A stretch of 64,000 nt of DNA, taken from assembly GCA_009889625.1 (NCBI GenBank), contig WTZU01000001.1, forward strand, positions 14,574-78,573, given 5' to 3'. Position 1 is the stretch's first letter. Every line of letters starts with the position of its first letter. The DNA is from Candidatus Hikarchaeia archaeon HikBin5 (GTDB taxonomy: Archaea; Halobacteriota; Halobacteria; Halobacteriales; Hikarchaeaceae). Positions 47,194 to 58,677 of this stretch are shown piece by piece. The notes beneath the pieces were generated by a model. It saw only the letters and a list, made by a program, of their open reading frames with translations, searched no databases and was not told the DNA's origin. Made by a program: the position numbers and the translations under genes.

Positions 47194-48425
47194 ATTCTTC
47201 TTTCAATCCTCTCCATTGTTTGATGCTTTACACCTAGTCTATGCGATTCTTCAATAACAGTTTCCACGTCTTTATCTCCTCTGCCCGAAAGATTTACAAT
47301 CACAATTTCTCCAAGATCTTCTCCCATCTGATTCTCTAGATATCCCAAAGCATGAGAAGTTTCGAGGGCTGGTATTATCCCTTCCATTTCCGATAGTAAG
47401 AAAAACGCCTTTATTGCTTCTTCATCTTTGACAATCTCCGGAATTATCTGTCCCTCGTCAACTAAATAGGCCAATTCTGGCCCCACTCCTGCATAATCCA
47501 ACCCTGCAGATATGCTGTGCGACTCAACTATCTGTCCATCTCTATCTTGAAGTATCTTTGTCCGCGCCCCGTGCAACACCCCTTCTCTCCCCGCGACAAG
47601 CGAAGCCGAATGGTGGGCTATTTTTGATTCTGACACAGATTCTATTCCTTTCCCCCCTGCCTCAACTGCAATTAATTTAACCCCTTCATCCTGCAGGAAA
47701 TTATAAAATGCACCCATGGCATTCGAACCTCCTCCTGCACAAGCAACCACACTATCTGGCAATCTCCCAACCTCTGTCTGAATCTGCTCACGGGCTTCTT
47801 GTGATATTACTGATTGAAAATCTCTAACCATTTTTGGGAATGGGTGTGGCCCTACTACTGAACCAATCACATAATGTGTTGTATCTACACTTTTTGACCA
47901 ATCCCTCATTGTTTCATTTATCGCCTCTTTAAGAGTACCACTCCCCCGTTCAACAGGATTGACTCTAGCCCCATTAATCTCCATACGAAATACATTTAGA
48001 CGTTGTCTATTGATGTCCTTTTTACCCATGTATATTTCACAATCTAAACCTAAATATGATGCAGCCATTGCAGTTGCAGTCCCATGCTGTCCCGCTCCAG
48101 TCTCTGCAATAATCCTTTCTTTTCCCATATATTTTGCCAGTAGACATTGGCCAAGGGCATTATTGAGTTTATGCGCACCCCCATGTAGCAAATCTTCTCG
48201 CTTGAGATATATTTCTCTACCATATCTTTCGGATAACCTTTCTGCTTTGTATAGTGGGGTTGGACGCCCTCCAAAATCTTTCAATCTAGTAAAAAAATCA
48301 TCCATAAATCCATCTTTATTTTTCGTCACATATTCCTCATAGGCAAAAGTTAATTCTGATATCGCTGGCATCAATACTTCTGGTACATATTGCCCACCAT
48401 ATTTCCCAAATTTAGTACTAATCAT
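47190..48425 (-). CDS. trpB: Tryptophan synthase beta chain
   Basis: Contains the PLP lysine motif HGGAHKLNN, plus GGGSNAMG. Overlaps trpA and trpC by 4 nt each. Confidence 0.95.
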   Translation of the reverse strand: MISTKFGKYGGQYVPEVLMPAISELTFAYEEYVTKNKDGFMDDFFTRLKDFGGRPTPLYKAERLSERYGREIYLKREDLLHGGAHKLNNALGQCLLAKYMGKERIIAETGAGQHGTATAMAASYLGLDCEIYMGKKDINRQRLNVFRMEINGARVNPVERGSGTLKEAINETMRDWSKSVDTTHYVIGSVVGPHPFPKMVRDFQSVISQEAREQIQTEVGRLPDSVVACAGGGSNAMGAFYNFLQDEGVKLIAVEAGGKGIESVSESKIAHHSASLVAGREGVLHGARTKILQDRDGQIVESHSISAGLDYAGVGPELAYLVDEGQIIPEIVKDEEAIKAFFLLSEMEGIIPALETSHALGYLENQMGEDLGEIVIVNLSGRGDKDVETVIEESHRLGVKHQTMERIERRI

Positions 48426-49180
48426 ATTTTGATCTGTGTAAACCGTTTTGTATTTTGTTCTATGTTTCCCTCCATGATGGCAGTTCCGATCAACAACCCA
48501 TCTGCTCCTGACTTATGCATCATTCTAGCATCTTCTTCATTCTTTATCCCACTTTCTGCAATTAAAATAATACCCGAAGGTACTTTAGGCGCAAGCTCGG
48601 CAAAAGTATCTAGATTTACATTCAAATTTTTAATATTTCTATTATTTATTCCAATAATCTCTGCTTCCGCTTGCACTGCTATTTCTATTTCCTCCTCCGA
48701 ATGTACTTCTACTAGTACCTGAAAGCCTCTCTGCTTTGCAGAAGAAACTAGCCCCTTCACATCGTCCACAAAACTAGCTATTATTAACACCACATCCGAT
48801 TCAACAGCATCTAGTTGCTTTTCATCCAATATAAAATCTTTCCTCAAAATAGGAACATTGACTGCATCTCTCACACGTTCTAGCGATTCAATTGAACCAT
48901 GGAAGTGATCTGGTTCGGTTAACACCGAGAGTGCAACTGCTCCATTTTCAACCATTGAAATGGCCATGTCCACTGGGTCCTCCACACGCACATTTTTTGT
49001 CGTTGGACTAGTTGGTTTTATCTCTGCTATCACTGGAATGTGCCCTCTCTTTCTAGATTTCTCCAAGGCTGCCGCAAGAGGCCGTGCAACAACCTCGATC
49101 CTCTTGTCTGGATTTTCTCTCTCCCGGGCCGATTCTAGTATTGCCCGAATTTCTGGTGCTAATCTCTCTTTTTTGTTCAT
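48422..49180 (-). CDS. trpC: Indole-3-glycerol phosphate synthase
   Basis: Contains [20 protein letters not shown] and IGINNRN. Confidence 0.92.
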   Translation of the reverse strand: MNKKERLAPEIRAILESARERENPDKRIEVVARPLAAALEKSRKRGHIPVIAEIKPTSPTTKNVRVEDPVDMAISMVENGAVALSVLTEPDHFHGSIESLERVRDAVNVPILRKDFILDEKQLDAVESDVVLIIASFVDDVKGLVSSAKQRGFQVLVEVHSEEEIEIAVQAEAEIIGINNRNIKNLNVNLDTFAELAPKVPSGIILIAESGIKNEEDARMMHKSGADGLLIGTAIMEGNIEQNTKRFTQIKI

Positions 49181-49261
49181 TATTGTACGTTTATGACTTT
49201 ATATGTACATAAGGTTAACTGTTCCACATAAATTTATTGATGGGCATTCACGTAATTATTT

Positions 49262-51592
49262 TTACTTTTTCTTTTTCTTTTTTCTAGCTTCTCTCGCCGC
49301 TTTATATGCTTCAAAGTTACAAATAGGGCATCCTATCTCCCATGGATCCTTCCCCTTGTGAATTAGCAATATGGGGAGATTGTGATCCTCGCACATTCGA
49401 TCCGATATTTCTATGTCTCCATCACGTGGGAATGGCAATGTGTATGTACATTCTGGGTACTTGTTACATCCTACCAACCGGGACCCACTTCTCATCCTCT
49501 TGATCGCAAGTTCACCTCCTTCTTGGGAATTACAATCTGGACATTTTCCAATAATTATGTCTTCTTCGGCCTCTGCATTATCTGCTTCACAAATAGGGCA
49601 TCCATACACGAATGTACCCCTTCCTGCAACCATCTTGACATTTTTTAAATTATGCACTTCACATACATCTTTTATCACCATTGGGTCTCCTTTATTGGGT
49701 AATGGAAGTGTGAATTTACACTCTGGCCAACTATCACATCCCACAAAAAATGATCCTCTTTTCCTACTCCGTCTAATCACCAAACTCTGATTACAATCTG
49801 GACACGGGCCTATTGTTTTATCAGCTTTCAATGCGTTTCTTATGTGCCCTCCTATTTCCTCCTCTGAACCCTTTAACTCTGCAAATATCTCTAATAGTAT
49901 CTTTCTAGAACGCTCAGTTACTTCTTCCAGAGTTAATTCTCCCTTTGCAATCCCCGACATATTTTCTTCAAGCTCCGCAGTCATTGTTTCTGATACTACC
50001 ATCTCTGCATATTTTTCAGCAGCTTCTACTACTCCTCTAGCCAAATTTGTAGGTTGAGGTGGATTTTCTTCCAAATAACCTCTATCATACAATTTTTCTA
50101 TTGTATTATGCCTCGTAGATTTGGTCCCAATACCCATCTTTTCCATAGTTTCTATCAATCTAGCTTGGCCAAATCTCCGAGGTGGTTGAGTTTCTTTTTG
50201 ATCAACCCACGAATCTTTCACCGACAATTTAGATCCTTCTATGACTTCTGGAATATAGCTTTCCTCATTTTTATAATAAGGGTATACTTTGTGATATCCC
50301 TCTTTGACCAACCTTCTCCCACTGGCCTTGAAAAATTCATTTTTTGCTTCTACCACTACACGAAGGTGTTCCCATTCTGCAGCCTTCGCAACCGTTCCAA
50401 AAAACCGTCTAACTACTAATTCATAAATCTTCCATTCTATTGGCTCTAGATCTTCTTTCTTTGGTGTCTGAACTGTGGGATGAATGGGAGGGTGGTCCGT
50501 TGTTTCTTTCTTCCCTCTTGTTGGTTTTATATCTCCCTCTAGAAGATACTCCGCATCTTCTCTAAATGCAGAGTTGGTCGAAAGAACTTTTAGTAATTCC
50601 TTGGGATCAAAACTTTTCGGATACACTGTATTATCCGTTCTTGGATATGTGATATATCCTGCTGTATACAACGATTCTGCAATATTCATAGCACGCTTCG
50701 CCACCACCCCGATCGTACCCGCGGCGCGGATGAATTGAGTCGTATTAAATGGAGTTGGAGGTGCATCCAATCTAGTCCTTTGCTTTACTTCCCTGACTTC
50801 AACTTCTCCAATCTCTTTAATTACTCCTAGCACCCGATTAGATTCCTCCATTGAAAGAACCCGATCATTTTCTTTATTTTGCTCTGTGAAGAAATACTTC
50901 ACTTGGAATTTTTCTTCACCTCCTATTTCTGCAAATATTTCCCAATAATCTTCGGGAATAAATTCTTCTATTTCCTTTTCGCGGTCAACTATGAGTTTAA
51001 GAGTTGGAGATTGTACCCTCCCCACTGAAATAAAATCTTTCCCGTATTGTTTAGATGCAAGAGATAAATAACGTGTTAATGCAGCTCCCCAGACAAGATC
51101 TATAATTTGTCGGGCTTCTCCTGCTTCTGCCAAATTAAAATCAATCTGTTCTGGATTACTAAAACTTTCTTTTATTTCTTGAGCTGTAATTGCAGAAAAT
51201 CTAACACGTTCTATTGGTATTTCTTGGTTAACCCCTCTGACGATTTCATATGCCTCTTTGCCAATTAATTCCCCTTCACGATCATAGTCCGTTGCCACGA
51301 TTATTTTGTCAACTTCTAAACTTACTTGCTCTAATACTTTTACAATATCTGCCCTAATCGGCTTCTTTATAATATCTGCTTCAATTAATTCTTCTGGATC
51401 GATTTTATTCCAATCAGAATATTTTTTTGGAAAATCGACTCCAACAACATGCCCCGAAAGCCCCATACATTTCGATCCATCCCACTCGTAGACATTAATT
51501 TTATTTAATTTTCTAACTTTTGCCGATTTACCTGATAATATCTCAGAAACCCGTTTGGCAGCTATCTCTTTTTCCGATACAATCAATTCCAT
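49262..51592 (-). CDS. topA: DNA topoisomerase I (type IA) with C-terminal zinc ribbons and a poly-lysine tail
   Basis: 776 aa. Has the Toprim motif ATDYDREGELIG and the catalytic Tyr in YITYPRTDN. Repeated CPxC...GC...C zinc-ribbon modules follow, and the protein ends in RKKKKKK. Confidence 0.93.
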   Translation of the reverse strand: MELIVSEKEIAAKRVSEILSGKSAKVRKLNKINVYEWDGSKCMGLSGHVVGVDFPKKYSDWNKIDPEELIEADIIKKPIRADIVKVLEQVSLEVDKIIVATDYDREGELIGKEAYEIVRGVNQEIPIERVRFSAITAQEIKESFSNPEQIDFNLAEAGEARQIIDLVWGAALTRYLSLASKQYGKDFISVGRVQSPTLKLIVDREKEIEEFIPEDYWEIFAEIGGEEKFQVKYFFTEQNKENDRVLSMEESNRVLGVIKEIGEVEVREVKQRTRLDAPPTPFNTTQFIRAAGTIGVVAKRAMNIAESLYTAGYITYPRTDNTVYPKSFDPKELLKVLSTNSAFREDAEYLLEGDIKPTRGKKETTDHPPIHPTVQTPKKEDLEPIEWKIYELVVRRFFGTVAKAAEWEHLRVVVEAKNEFFKASGRRLVKEGYHKVYPYYKNEESYIPEVIEGSKLSVKDSWVDQKETQPPRRFGQARLIETMEKMGIGTKSTRHNTIEKLYDRGYLEENPPQPTNLARGVVEAAEKYAEMVVSETMTAELEENMSGIAKGELTLEEVTERSRKILLEIFAELKGSEEEIGGHIRNALKADKTIGPCPDCNQSLVIRRSRKRGSFFVGCDSWPECKFTLPLPNKGDPMVIKDVCEVHNLKNVKMVAGRGTFVYGCPICEADNAEAEEDIIIGKCPDCNSQEGGELAIKRMRSGSRLVGCNKYPECTYTLPFPRDGDIEISDRMCEDHNLPILLIHKGKDPWEIGCPICNFEAYKAAREARKKKKKK

Positions 51593-51641
51593 CCTTTTTT
51601 ACCTCTATTTTTTTCCGAACAATCTGGCCGTCTACCCCAAG

Positions 51642-53165
51642 CTATTGTAACTCTTTCTTTTCCCCTCCACCATTCTCTATAATTTCTTTTAGAATCTGAT
51701 TAATAAATGCAGGGTTTGCATTTCCCTTTGTTTTTACCATGACTTGTCCAACCAAATAATTCATGGCATTCGACTCCCCCCTTTCATAATCTGCAACCGC
51801 ATCTTTGTTTTCTTCTATCACTTCTAATACAAAATCTCTAACTTCTTTATCATCACTAACTTCCAATTCTTCTTGATCAAGTATTTCTTCTGGACTACTG
51901 CCCTCATCCAACATTCGGCGTAGTACAATTGATCTGGCATTTTTCTCTGTGATCTTTCCCCCCGCGACATATGCTATCAGTCTCCTAAATTCGTCCAGTC
52001 TACTTTCTACGTCCCCGATATCAATATCCCGATAGTTGAGTTCTCCCAGTATGATGTCTGCTACCCACCTGGCAGCAAAATCTGGATCAAATTCTTCAAC
52101 TACTAATTCATAAAATTCAGAAACATCCTTGGTCGAAGTTAATTTAGCAGCAACCTCTTCTGTAAGCATATATTCTTCGTAAAATCTATTTCTTTTGGCT
52201 TCTGGAAGCTCTGGAATATCTATATTTTTTATATACTCATCCCACCACTCCCCTGATAGAATGGGAAGATCAAATTCTGTAAAATATCTATAATCTCCTT
52301 CTGTCTCTTTACTCCTCATGGGTGTAGTTATCCCTCTATTCTCATCCCAATGTCGTGTTTCCTGTTTTATTTCCCCCCCGTGCATGATGGTGTTTTTTTG
52401 CCGACTAATCTCATACACTAGCGCTTTCTCAGCTCCTTTGTAACTAGATATATTTTTTATCTCAATTCTCTCTGCAGATTGAAGAATTTTCTTATCAATA
52501 GTCCCATCCTCATTCACATCTGCTATACGAATTAACGAAACATTTGCATCTGCTCGCAAAGATCCATCTCTATTAGAATTAAATACTCCTAAAAATTCTA
52601 AATCTTCTTCTAATTTTGCTAAAAATAATCGCACTTCTTTTGGCGCACGCAAATCGGGTTCTGTTACAATCTCTACTAGGGGGATGCCTGCTCTATTGTA
52701 ATCGACCAACACATAATCTTCTTTTCCCCTTCCTTCAGATACATGCTGTAAACTCCCTGGATCTTCTTCCAAATGGGCACGTTCAATTCTTATTCTTTTG
52801 CGATTACCTTCTACATTTATCTCTATCTCTCCCTCTGTACAAATTGGTTCATCATATTGTGTAATTTGAAATCCCTTGGGGAGGTCTGGATAAAAATAAT
52901 TTTTCCTATGGAATGAAGTCTCTTTAGAAATATCTGCCCCGATCGCTTTGCCTATTTTCACAGCACCCCTGACTGCTGCTTCATTCAATGTAGGCAGTGA
53001 GCCTGGCAAACCCAAACACACCGGGCAAACATTTACATTGGGTTCTACACCCTCCTTTGTACTGCACCCGCAGAAAATTTTGGTATCTGTTTCAAGTTGA
53101 ACATGCACTTCCAATCCAATCACTGGAATCACATCGCCCTCTTTATTCTGGACCATTTGATCCAA
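51642..53165 (-). CDS. gatB: Aspartyl/glutamyl-tRNA amidotransferase subunit B
   Basis: 507 aa. Has VIGLEVHVQLETDTKIFCGC and a C-terminal YqeY-like tail (LVGQVMVKTKGNANP). Confidence 0.92.
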   Translation of the reverse strand: MDQMVQNKEGDVIPVIGLEVHVQLETDTKIFCGCSTKEGVEPNVNVCPVCLGLPGSLPTLNEAAVRGAVKIGKAIGADISKETSFHRKNYFYPDLPKGFQITQYDEPICTEGEIEINVEGNRKRIRIERAHLEEDPGSLQHVSEGRGKEDYVLVDYNRAGIPLVEIVTEPDLRAPKEVRLFLAKLEEDLEFLGVFNSNRDGSLRADANVSLIRIADVNEDGTIDKKILQSAERIEIKNISSYKGAEKALVYEISRQKNTIMHGGEIKQETRHWDENRGITTPMRSKETEGDYRYFTEFDLPILSGEWWDEYIKNIDIPELPEAKRNRFYEEYMLTEEVAAKLTSTKDVSEFYELVVEEFDPDFAARWVADIILGELNYRDIDIGDVESRLDEFRRLIAYVAGGKITEKNARSIVLRRMLDEGSSPEEILDQEELEVSDDKEVRDFVLEVIEENKDAVADYERGESNAMNYLVGQVMVKTKGNANPAFINQILKEIIENGGGEKKELQ

Positions 53166-53303
53166 TTTTGACTTGGAAGAATTAAAGTATGTGTTATTTC
53201 ATTTTCACCATATAAAAACCAAGAAGTATAAACAATTGAAACACTCATAAGTGACATAGAGTAAATTTAAATCAAAGATTTAATACACCACTCACGAGCA
53301 ACT

Positions 53304-56300
53304 ATGTACATCGAAAAGCTCGTCCTAGATAATTTCAAAAGTTTCGGCAGAAAGACTGAGATACCCTTTTATGAGGATTTTACCACAATAAGCGGACCGA
53401 ATGGGTCTGGGAAGTCGAATATAATTGATGCTGTATTGTTCTGTTTAGGCCTATCCAGAAGTTCCCGCATACGTGCAGAGAAATTAACAGATTTGATCTA
53501 TAATCCTGGAGTTGAAACTGGATCTTCCCCCCCAGACGAAGCAGTAGTGGAAGTAGTTTTAAATAATACAAATGCATCACTTTCCGATGAACAACTACTT
53601 TCTATACTTGATTTAAATAAAATGGGAGATCCCTCTCATATCCGCATAACCCGGCGTGTAAAAAAAACAGCTAAAAATTATTATTCTTATTACTATATCA
53701 ATGATATTCCTGTCAAATTATCGTCTATCCAGGAACTGCTGGTGCAGGTTGGTATCACCCCTGAAGGATACAACGTTGTAATGCAAGGTGATGTTACTAG
53801 TATCATCCAGATGACACCTCTCCAACGAAGACTCATATTGGATGAAATAGCCGGTGTCGCAGAATTCGATAATAAAAAAGAAAAATCCCTAACAGAACTT
53901 TCGACAGTAGAGGAGCATATCTCCACCGCAAAAATTCACATCAGCGAGAAAAAGCAACAATTAACTAAACTTTCAAAAGAAAGAGAAGTAGCTCTCAAAT
54001 ACCAAAAACTCAAAGATGAAAAATCAATTCTATCTGAACATATAAAAGTGGCAGAGTTTTCCACTAAGTCAACTGAACTCCAAGAACAACTCGAATCCAT
54101 CTCTCTCGAAAAAGAGAAGCTAACTAAAATCACTCAAAAATATGAATCCCTATCTGAATCTGTTGGGTCTTTAGAATCTGACATCGAAAATTTAAATCTT
54201 CAAATAGAACTAAAAGGTGGGAAAGAACAATTCACTTTGTTGAAGGAAATGGAATCAATAAAAGGAAATATAGCTAGGTTCGAAGGAGAATCCCTTTCCA
54301 CAGAAAATCAAATTAAAGAAATCGAAGTGAATCGGAGAACCGCTTTCATAGAACTGGATAAAAAACAGGAATCTTCTTCTGAAATTGAGACTAAAATTAG
54401 AGACCAAAAATTAACTAAATCTACATTAATAGTCGAGCTAGATTCAAAAAAAGAAAAACTTGACACAGTCCAATCACAAATCGAAGATCTAGGCTCTGAA
54501 TTTGAAGGTTCTCAAAATAAACTAATTGACCTAAAAAATCAATTAAATTCTGCCCAAGAAGAAAGATATGTCCAACAACGCGAACAAGATAGATTACTAG
54601 ATGAAGCCCGTAGAAGATCTAATGAAATAGATGCCATCTCTGCAGAACTAGAACAAGTTACCTCTCGGTTCCCCGAATTTGAAAACTTAATTGGAAATCT
54701 CCAATCCGAGCTCGAATCAACTCAATATTCCCAATCCAAAACCGAAGATGATATCTCTAACTTACAAAAAGAGAAAACAGTCTTAACTAATCAATTAAAT
54801 TCTCTCATCATTGATATAACAAACTCTAAAAAATCCTATTCGGAATTGGAAAACAAAACAAAAAATAAAGGAGTTTTATCTTTCAATAGGGCTGTTATGT
54901 CAATTCTTGGAAGTGATATTCCTGGGATACATGGAACCGTTTCTCAGTTAGCAACTGTAGACAAAGAATATTCACAAGCCTGTGAAATAGCTGCAGGTTC
55001 GCGCCTCTCCCACATCGTCGTAGAAGATGACCAAGTCGCACAAACCTGCATCGAATATCTCATGGAAAAAAATATCGGACGAGCAACATTCTTACCTCTG
55101 AACAAAATAAAATATTCGAAACAATATGAGTCCAATGAAAATTCTGGCGTGATCGATTTTGCAATAAATCTAGTCAATTTTGATCCCATTTATGCTAATA
55201 TTTTTTCTCATGTTTTTGGCTCTACCCTTGTCGTGGACACTTTGAGCAATGCACGAGCAATGCCTGGTAGAAATAGAATTGTTACCCTTGCTGGTGATTT
55301 AATCGAATCATCGGGTGCGATGACTGGGGGGCCCTCACACCAAGCACGATATGCCTTTTTAACCAATGACAAAACGCATATACAACAACTAGCAACTGAC
55401 ATCCTAAAACTAGAGTCTCAACAATTTTCTCTCCTCGACTCAATCAACGAAATAGATTCTCAACTCGAATCCACACGGGGGAAACGCATTGACTTACTTG
55501 ATAGTATTCGTGGACTAGAATATCATCTCGATCAAGTAAACAAAGATTACTCTGACTTTTCCACCCGTTCATCCCCTCTTGACACGCGCCTCAATGAACT
55601 CAAACAACAAAGAATTTCTGTAGAGACACAAATGAATGCACTCGAAAACCAATTAGGAGAATTTGATAAGTCTATATTCTCCATAGAGTCTCAAATCTCT
55701 ACTGTCGAATCAACATTAACTGGGTCCAACCTACCCAAACTTTCAGCAGAGTTTGATTCCATTTCTGAATCTATATCGGCCACAGAGAATCAGATAAATA
55801 AGGCCGATTTCACACTAAACGAATTGAATCTTGAAAATAAATATACTCAAGATTCCATTTCCGATTTGCATCTCCGGGTAGAGACCTCTCAAAATATGAT
55901 TTCCACCATGTCGGAGCGAATCGAATCACTACAAACTAGAATTCACGACCTCGAGCAAATTCTTTTACAAAAAGATGATGAATTTAATAAATTAGAATCT
56001 GAATTAGCAGAAATCAAAGAACAACGAGATGTAGTCTTGGAAAATCTCAGAGTTTCTAGAGAATCGAAAGATTCACAATCTGAAAAAGTAGCATTAAAAA
56101 AATCACATATAGAAAACCTCGTTTCTATTTCTGATCTGCTCTCCAAAGAATTAATAGAACTAGAATTAAGTATGGGTTCCGCACCCGAAGAAAGTTCTTT
56201 GGATCTGCCTACTTTGTTATCCAATATCGCAGAAATTGAGCAAAAAATGGCCCACCTTGAACCTGTGAATATGCTAGCAATTCGCGAATACGAATCCGTT

Positions 56301-56867
56301 GATTCCTCTTTACTTGGCCTAAATGAAAAATTAAGTATTTTATCTGAAGAATCAAAAGCAATCCACGAAAGAATAGAAAGCTATGAAGGCGCAAAAAAAG
56401 AAGCATTTTTAGAAACTTTCAATGGGATAGATGCCCAATTTAGAGATATATTTGAGAAACTTTCTGCTGGCACCGGAGAACTACACCTTGAGGATATGGA
56501 TGATCCTTTTTCAGGAGGATTGACCATGATGGCCAAACCCGGGGATAAGCCCCTTCAACGATTGAATGCGATGTCCGGTGGAGAAAAATCTCTCACTGCC
56601 CTTTCTTTCATATTCGCTATTCAGAGATACAGTCCAGCACCTTTCTATGCCCTCGATGAAATAGATGCATTTCTTGACGCTTCAAATGCAGAATTAGTAG
56701 GTGAATTACTAGATGAGCTTGCAATCGGGACTCAGTTCATCGTAGTATCTCATAGGGCTGCACTCCTAGAACGATCCGAACGAGCAATCGGGGTTGTAAT
56801 GCAAGAAAACAATATTTCTGCAGTTACTGGGATATCTCTCACCACGGAGATGAATACTACCTCATGA
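53304..56867 (+). CDS. smc: Chromosome segregation protein SMC
   Basis: 1187 aa. Has Walker A GPNGSGKSNIIDA, long coiled coils, a hinge region (around GIHGTVSQLATV), the signature LSGGEKSLTALSF and Walker B FYALDEIDAFLD. Confidence 0.95.
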   Translation: MYIEKLVLDNFKSFGRKTEIPFYEDFTTISGPNGSGKSNIIDAVLFCLGLSRSSRIRAEKLTDLIYNPGVETGSSPPDEAVVEVVLNNTNASLSDEQLLSILDLNKMGDPSHIRITRRVKKTAKNYYSYYYINDIPVKLSSIQELLVQVGITPEGYNVVMQGDVTSIIQMTPLQRRLILDEIAGVAEFDNKKEKSLTELSTVEEHISTAKIHISEKKQQLTKLSKEREVALKYQKLKDEKSILSEHIKVAEFSTKSTELQEQLESISLEKEKLTKITQKYESLSESVGSLESDIENLNLQIELKGGKEQFTLLKEMESIKGNIARFEGESLSTENQIKEIEVNRRTAFIELDKKQESSSEIETKIRDQKLTKSTLIVELDSKKEKLDTVQSQIEDLGSEFEGSQNKLIDLKNQLNSAQEERYVQQREQDRLLDEARRRSNEIDAISAELEQVTSRFPEFENLIGNLQSELESTQYSQSKTEDDISNLQKEKTVLTNQLNSLIIDITNSKKSYSELENKTKNKGVLSFNRAVMSILGSDIPGIHGTVSQLATVDKEYSQACEIAAGSRLSHIVVEDDQVAQTCIEYLMEKNIGRATFLPLNKIKYSKQYESNENSGVIDFAINLVNFDPIYANIFSHVFGSTLVVDTLSNARAMPGRNRIVTLAGDLIESSGAMTGGPSHQARYAFLTNDKTHIQQLATDILKLESQQFSLLDSINEIDSQLESTRGKRIDLLDSIRGLEYHLDQVNKDYSDFSTRSSPLDTRLNELKQQRISVETQMNALENQLGEFDKSIFSIESQISTVESTLTGSNLPKLSAEFDSISESISATENQINKADFTLNELNLENKYTQDSISDLHLRVETSQNMISTMSERIESLQTRIHDLEQILLQKDDEFNKLESELAEIKEQRDVVLENLRVSRESKDSQSEKVALKKSHIENLVSISDLLSKELIELELSMGSAPEESSLDLPTLLSNIAEIEQKMAHLEPVNMLAIREYESVDSSLLGLNEKLSILSEESKAIHERIESYEGAKKEAFLETFNGIDAQFRDIFEKLSAGTGELHLEDMDDPFSGGLTMMAKPGDKPLQRLNAMSGGEKSLTALSFIFAIQRYSPAPFYALDEIDAFLDASNAELVGELLDELAIGTQFIVVSHRAALLERSERAIGVVMQENNISAVTGISLTTEMNTTS

Positions 56868-57643
56868 TTATGATTCCAGAAGAAGATAATTTTCCATTCT
56901 CTTACGACCCCCTCAATGAACCAATCAATATTTTGGTACAACTTGCCAAAGATGGCGAGATTGATCCCTGGGATATTGATATCGTTACTGTGACTGATAA
57001 ATTTTTGGCCCAACTCGACAAATCCGATCTCCGGACATCTGCCCGGGCACTTCTCTATGCTAGTGTACTCCTCCGAATCAAATCCAACGTTATTTTCCCC
57101 CCTGAGCCACCAGAAAATGAAGCTTCTTTTCCTACTGACACAAAAGAAATGTATCACAAAGATCCCCTTTTCCTATTCGAAAAAGAACTCAATAGGAGAT
57201 TAAATAGAAAACGTGTTAGGGGCTCTCCTAGGACTCTAGCAGAACTAGTCCGAGAATTAAGAGATGCAGAACAAAATTCAAATTGGAAATCCTCTCGTCA
57301 ATACGACACTTCGGATTCACCTCGTGGCTTTTGGAGAGGTGTCCAAAGACTCGATTACCATAATAGTGATCAATTTAGACTTGAAAATGAGCCCACTGAA
57401 AATGATGTCATTGGAACTGCCCATGTTGAGCCCATCGAAGAATCAATTGCCCAACTTTCTGCCATTCTACAATCTCTCCACGAAGCTGGAAAATCTGAAG
57501 TATTCTTTGAAGAATTGGTGCGATCTAATAGATCTAGGATATCTCTATTCCTAGCACTTTTATTCATGGCCCAACGAGGGAACATCTATTTAGAACAAGA
57601 AGAGTTGTTTGGAGATTTAAGAGTAAAAAATCTTTTCTCATAG
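56864..57643 (+). CDS. scpA: Segregation and condensation protein A (kleisin)
   Basis: 259 aa. Contains INILVQLAKDGEIDPWDIDIVTVTDKFL. The start overlaps the smc stop (ATGA). Confidence 0.85.
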   Translation: MIMIPEEDNFPFSYDPLNEPINILVQLAKDGEIDPWDIDIVTVTDKFLAQLDKSDLRTSARALLYASVLLRIKSNVIFPPEPPENEASFPTDTKEMYHKDPLFLFEKELNRRLNRKRVRGSPRTLAELVRELRDAEQNSNWKSSRQYDTSDSPRGFWRGVQRLDYHNSDQFRLENEPTENDVIGTAHVEPIEESIAQLSAILQSLHEAGKSEVFFEELVRSNRSRISLFLALLFMAQRGNIYLEQEELFGDLRVKNLFS

Positions 57644-57680
57644 TATTCCCTCAATATCACTCCTCGTATTCATCTCCTCA

Positions 57681-58202
57681 TCAATCGTATATCACTAATG
57701 ATTCTATTTTGGCATCGGAAATCTCTTCAATTTTTTTTCTCCCATTAAGTTTGCTTAGTTCCACCATGAACCCAAAACCCACTACGATATCCTTTGGAAT
57801 TAGTCTATGTGCTGCAATTGCTGTTCCCCCAGTTGCCAATAGATCATCCACTATCAATACATTCTCGACACCATCAAATGCGTCTTTGTGAACTTGGATT
57901 TCAGTTTCCCCATATTCCAATTTAACATGTTGTGTGTATACTTCTCTAGGTAATTTGTTTGGTTTTCTAAGGGGTATGAAACCAGCATTCAACTTATATG
58001 CGATCGGGGCACCAACAATAAATCCTCTAGATTCGATCGATGCTACCATATCAATTTTAAATCCCCCCCACGTCTCTGTCATTTCATTAATTAGTTCATT
58101 AAATAGTACTTGATTTTTCCACACAGGAGTCAAATCCTTAAACCCAATTCCTTTTATTGGGTAATCTTGAACTTCTATAATTTCTTCTTTAATTTTTTTC
58201 AT
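57681..58202 (-). CDS. apt: Adenine phosphoribosyltransferase
   Basis: 173 aa. Has the PRPP loop LIVDDLLATGGT and FKDLTP near the N-terminus. Confidence 0.9.
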   Translation of the reverse strand: MKKIKEEIIEVQDYPIKGIGFKDLTPVWKNQVLFNELINEMTETWGGFKIDMVASIESRGFIVGAPIAYKLNAGFIPLRKPNKLPREVYTQHVKLEYGETEIQVHKDAFDGVENVLIVDDLLATGGTAIAAHRLIPKDIVVGFGFMVELSKLNGRKKIEEISDAKIESLVIYD

Positions 58203-58611
58203 TCTTTTCTAATCCTAGTTCAAGTAAGTCTCGGTGCATCTCCGAAAGCCTGTCTTCTATGACATACATCATATCATTTTTCATTATCTCGGCATCCCAA
58301 TTAGTTTCTGAATACTTCTGTATTGACCATATCGAAACAAAGTTTGTGCTCACGATCCAAAAAATTATGCCTATGACCATTACAATGAGTCCTCCTTCTG
58401 GGAACACTCGATAGTTAATAATAGTTGGAGTATAGTGTTTCAGACCTAGTGGAATTAACCCTCCCATGCTCACTCCACCTATTATTATAGATATCGATAT
58501 ACTTGTCAAAACAAACCACAATCCTGTGTAAATTCCCATTTGTCTAACCACGTTTGAATTTTTCATATATCTCTTACCCTCGCTCCCCTTCAGTAAAAAT
58601 AATTTGATCAA
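58189..58611 (-). CDS. Small membrane protein of unknown function
   Basis: 140 aa with two or three predicted TM helices followed by a charged helix. Its 3' end overlaps the apt start by 14 nt. The start could be the internal ATG at 58566. Confidence 0.5.
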   Translation of the reverse strand: MIKLFLLKGSEGKRYMKNSNVVRQMGIYTGLWFVLTSISISIIIGGVSMGGLIPLGLKHYTPTIINYRVFPEGGLIVMVIGIIFWIVSTNFVSIWSIQKYSETNWDAEIMKNDMMYVIEDRLSEMHRDLLELGLEKNEKN

Positions 58612-58677
58612 GTTTCTTCATATTCCCCACTACCGGAAGCTTCTTTTCCCGGCTAGCCGATTTCCACAACAAGAACA

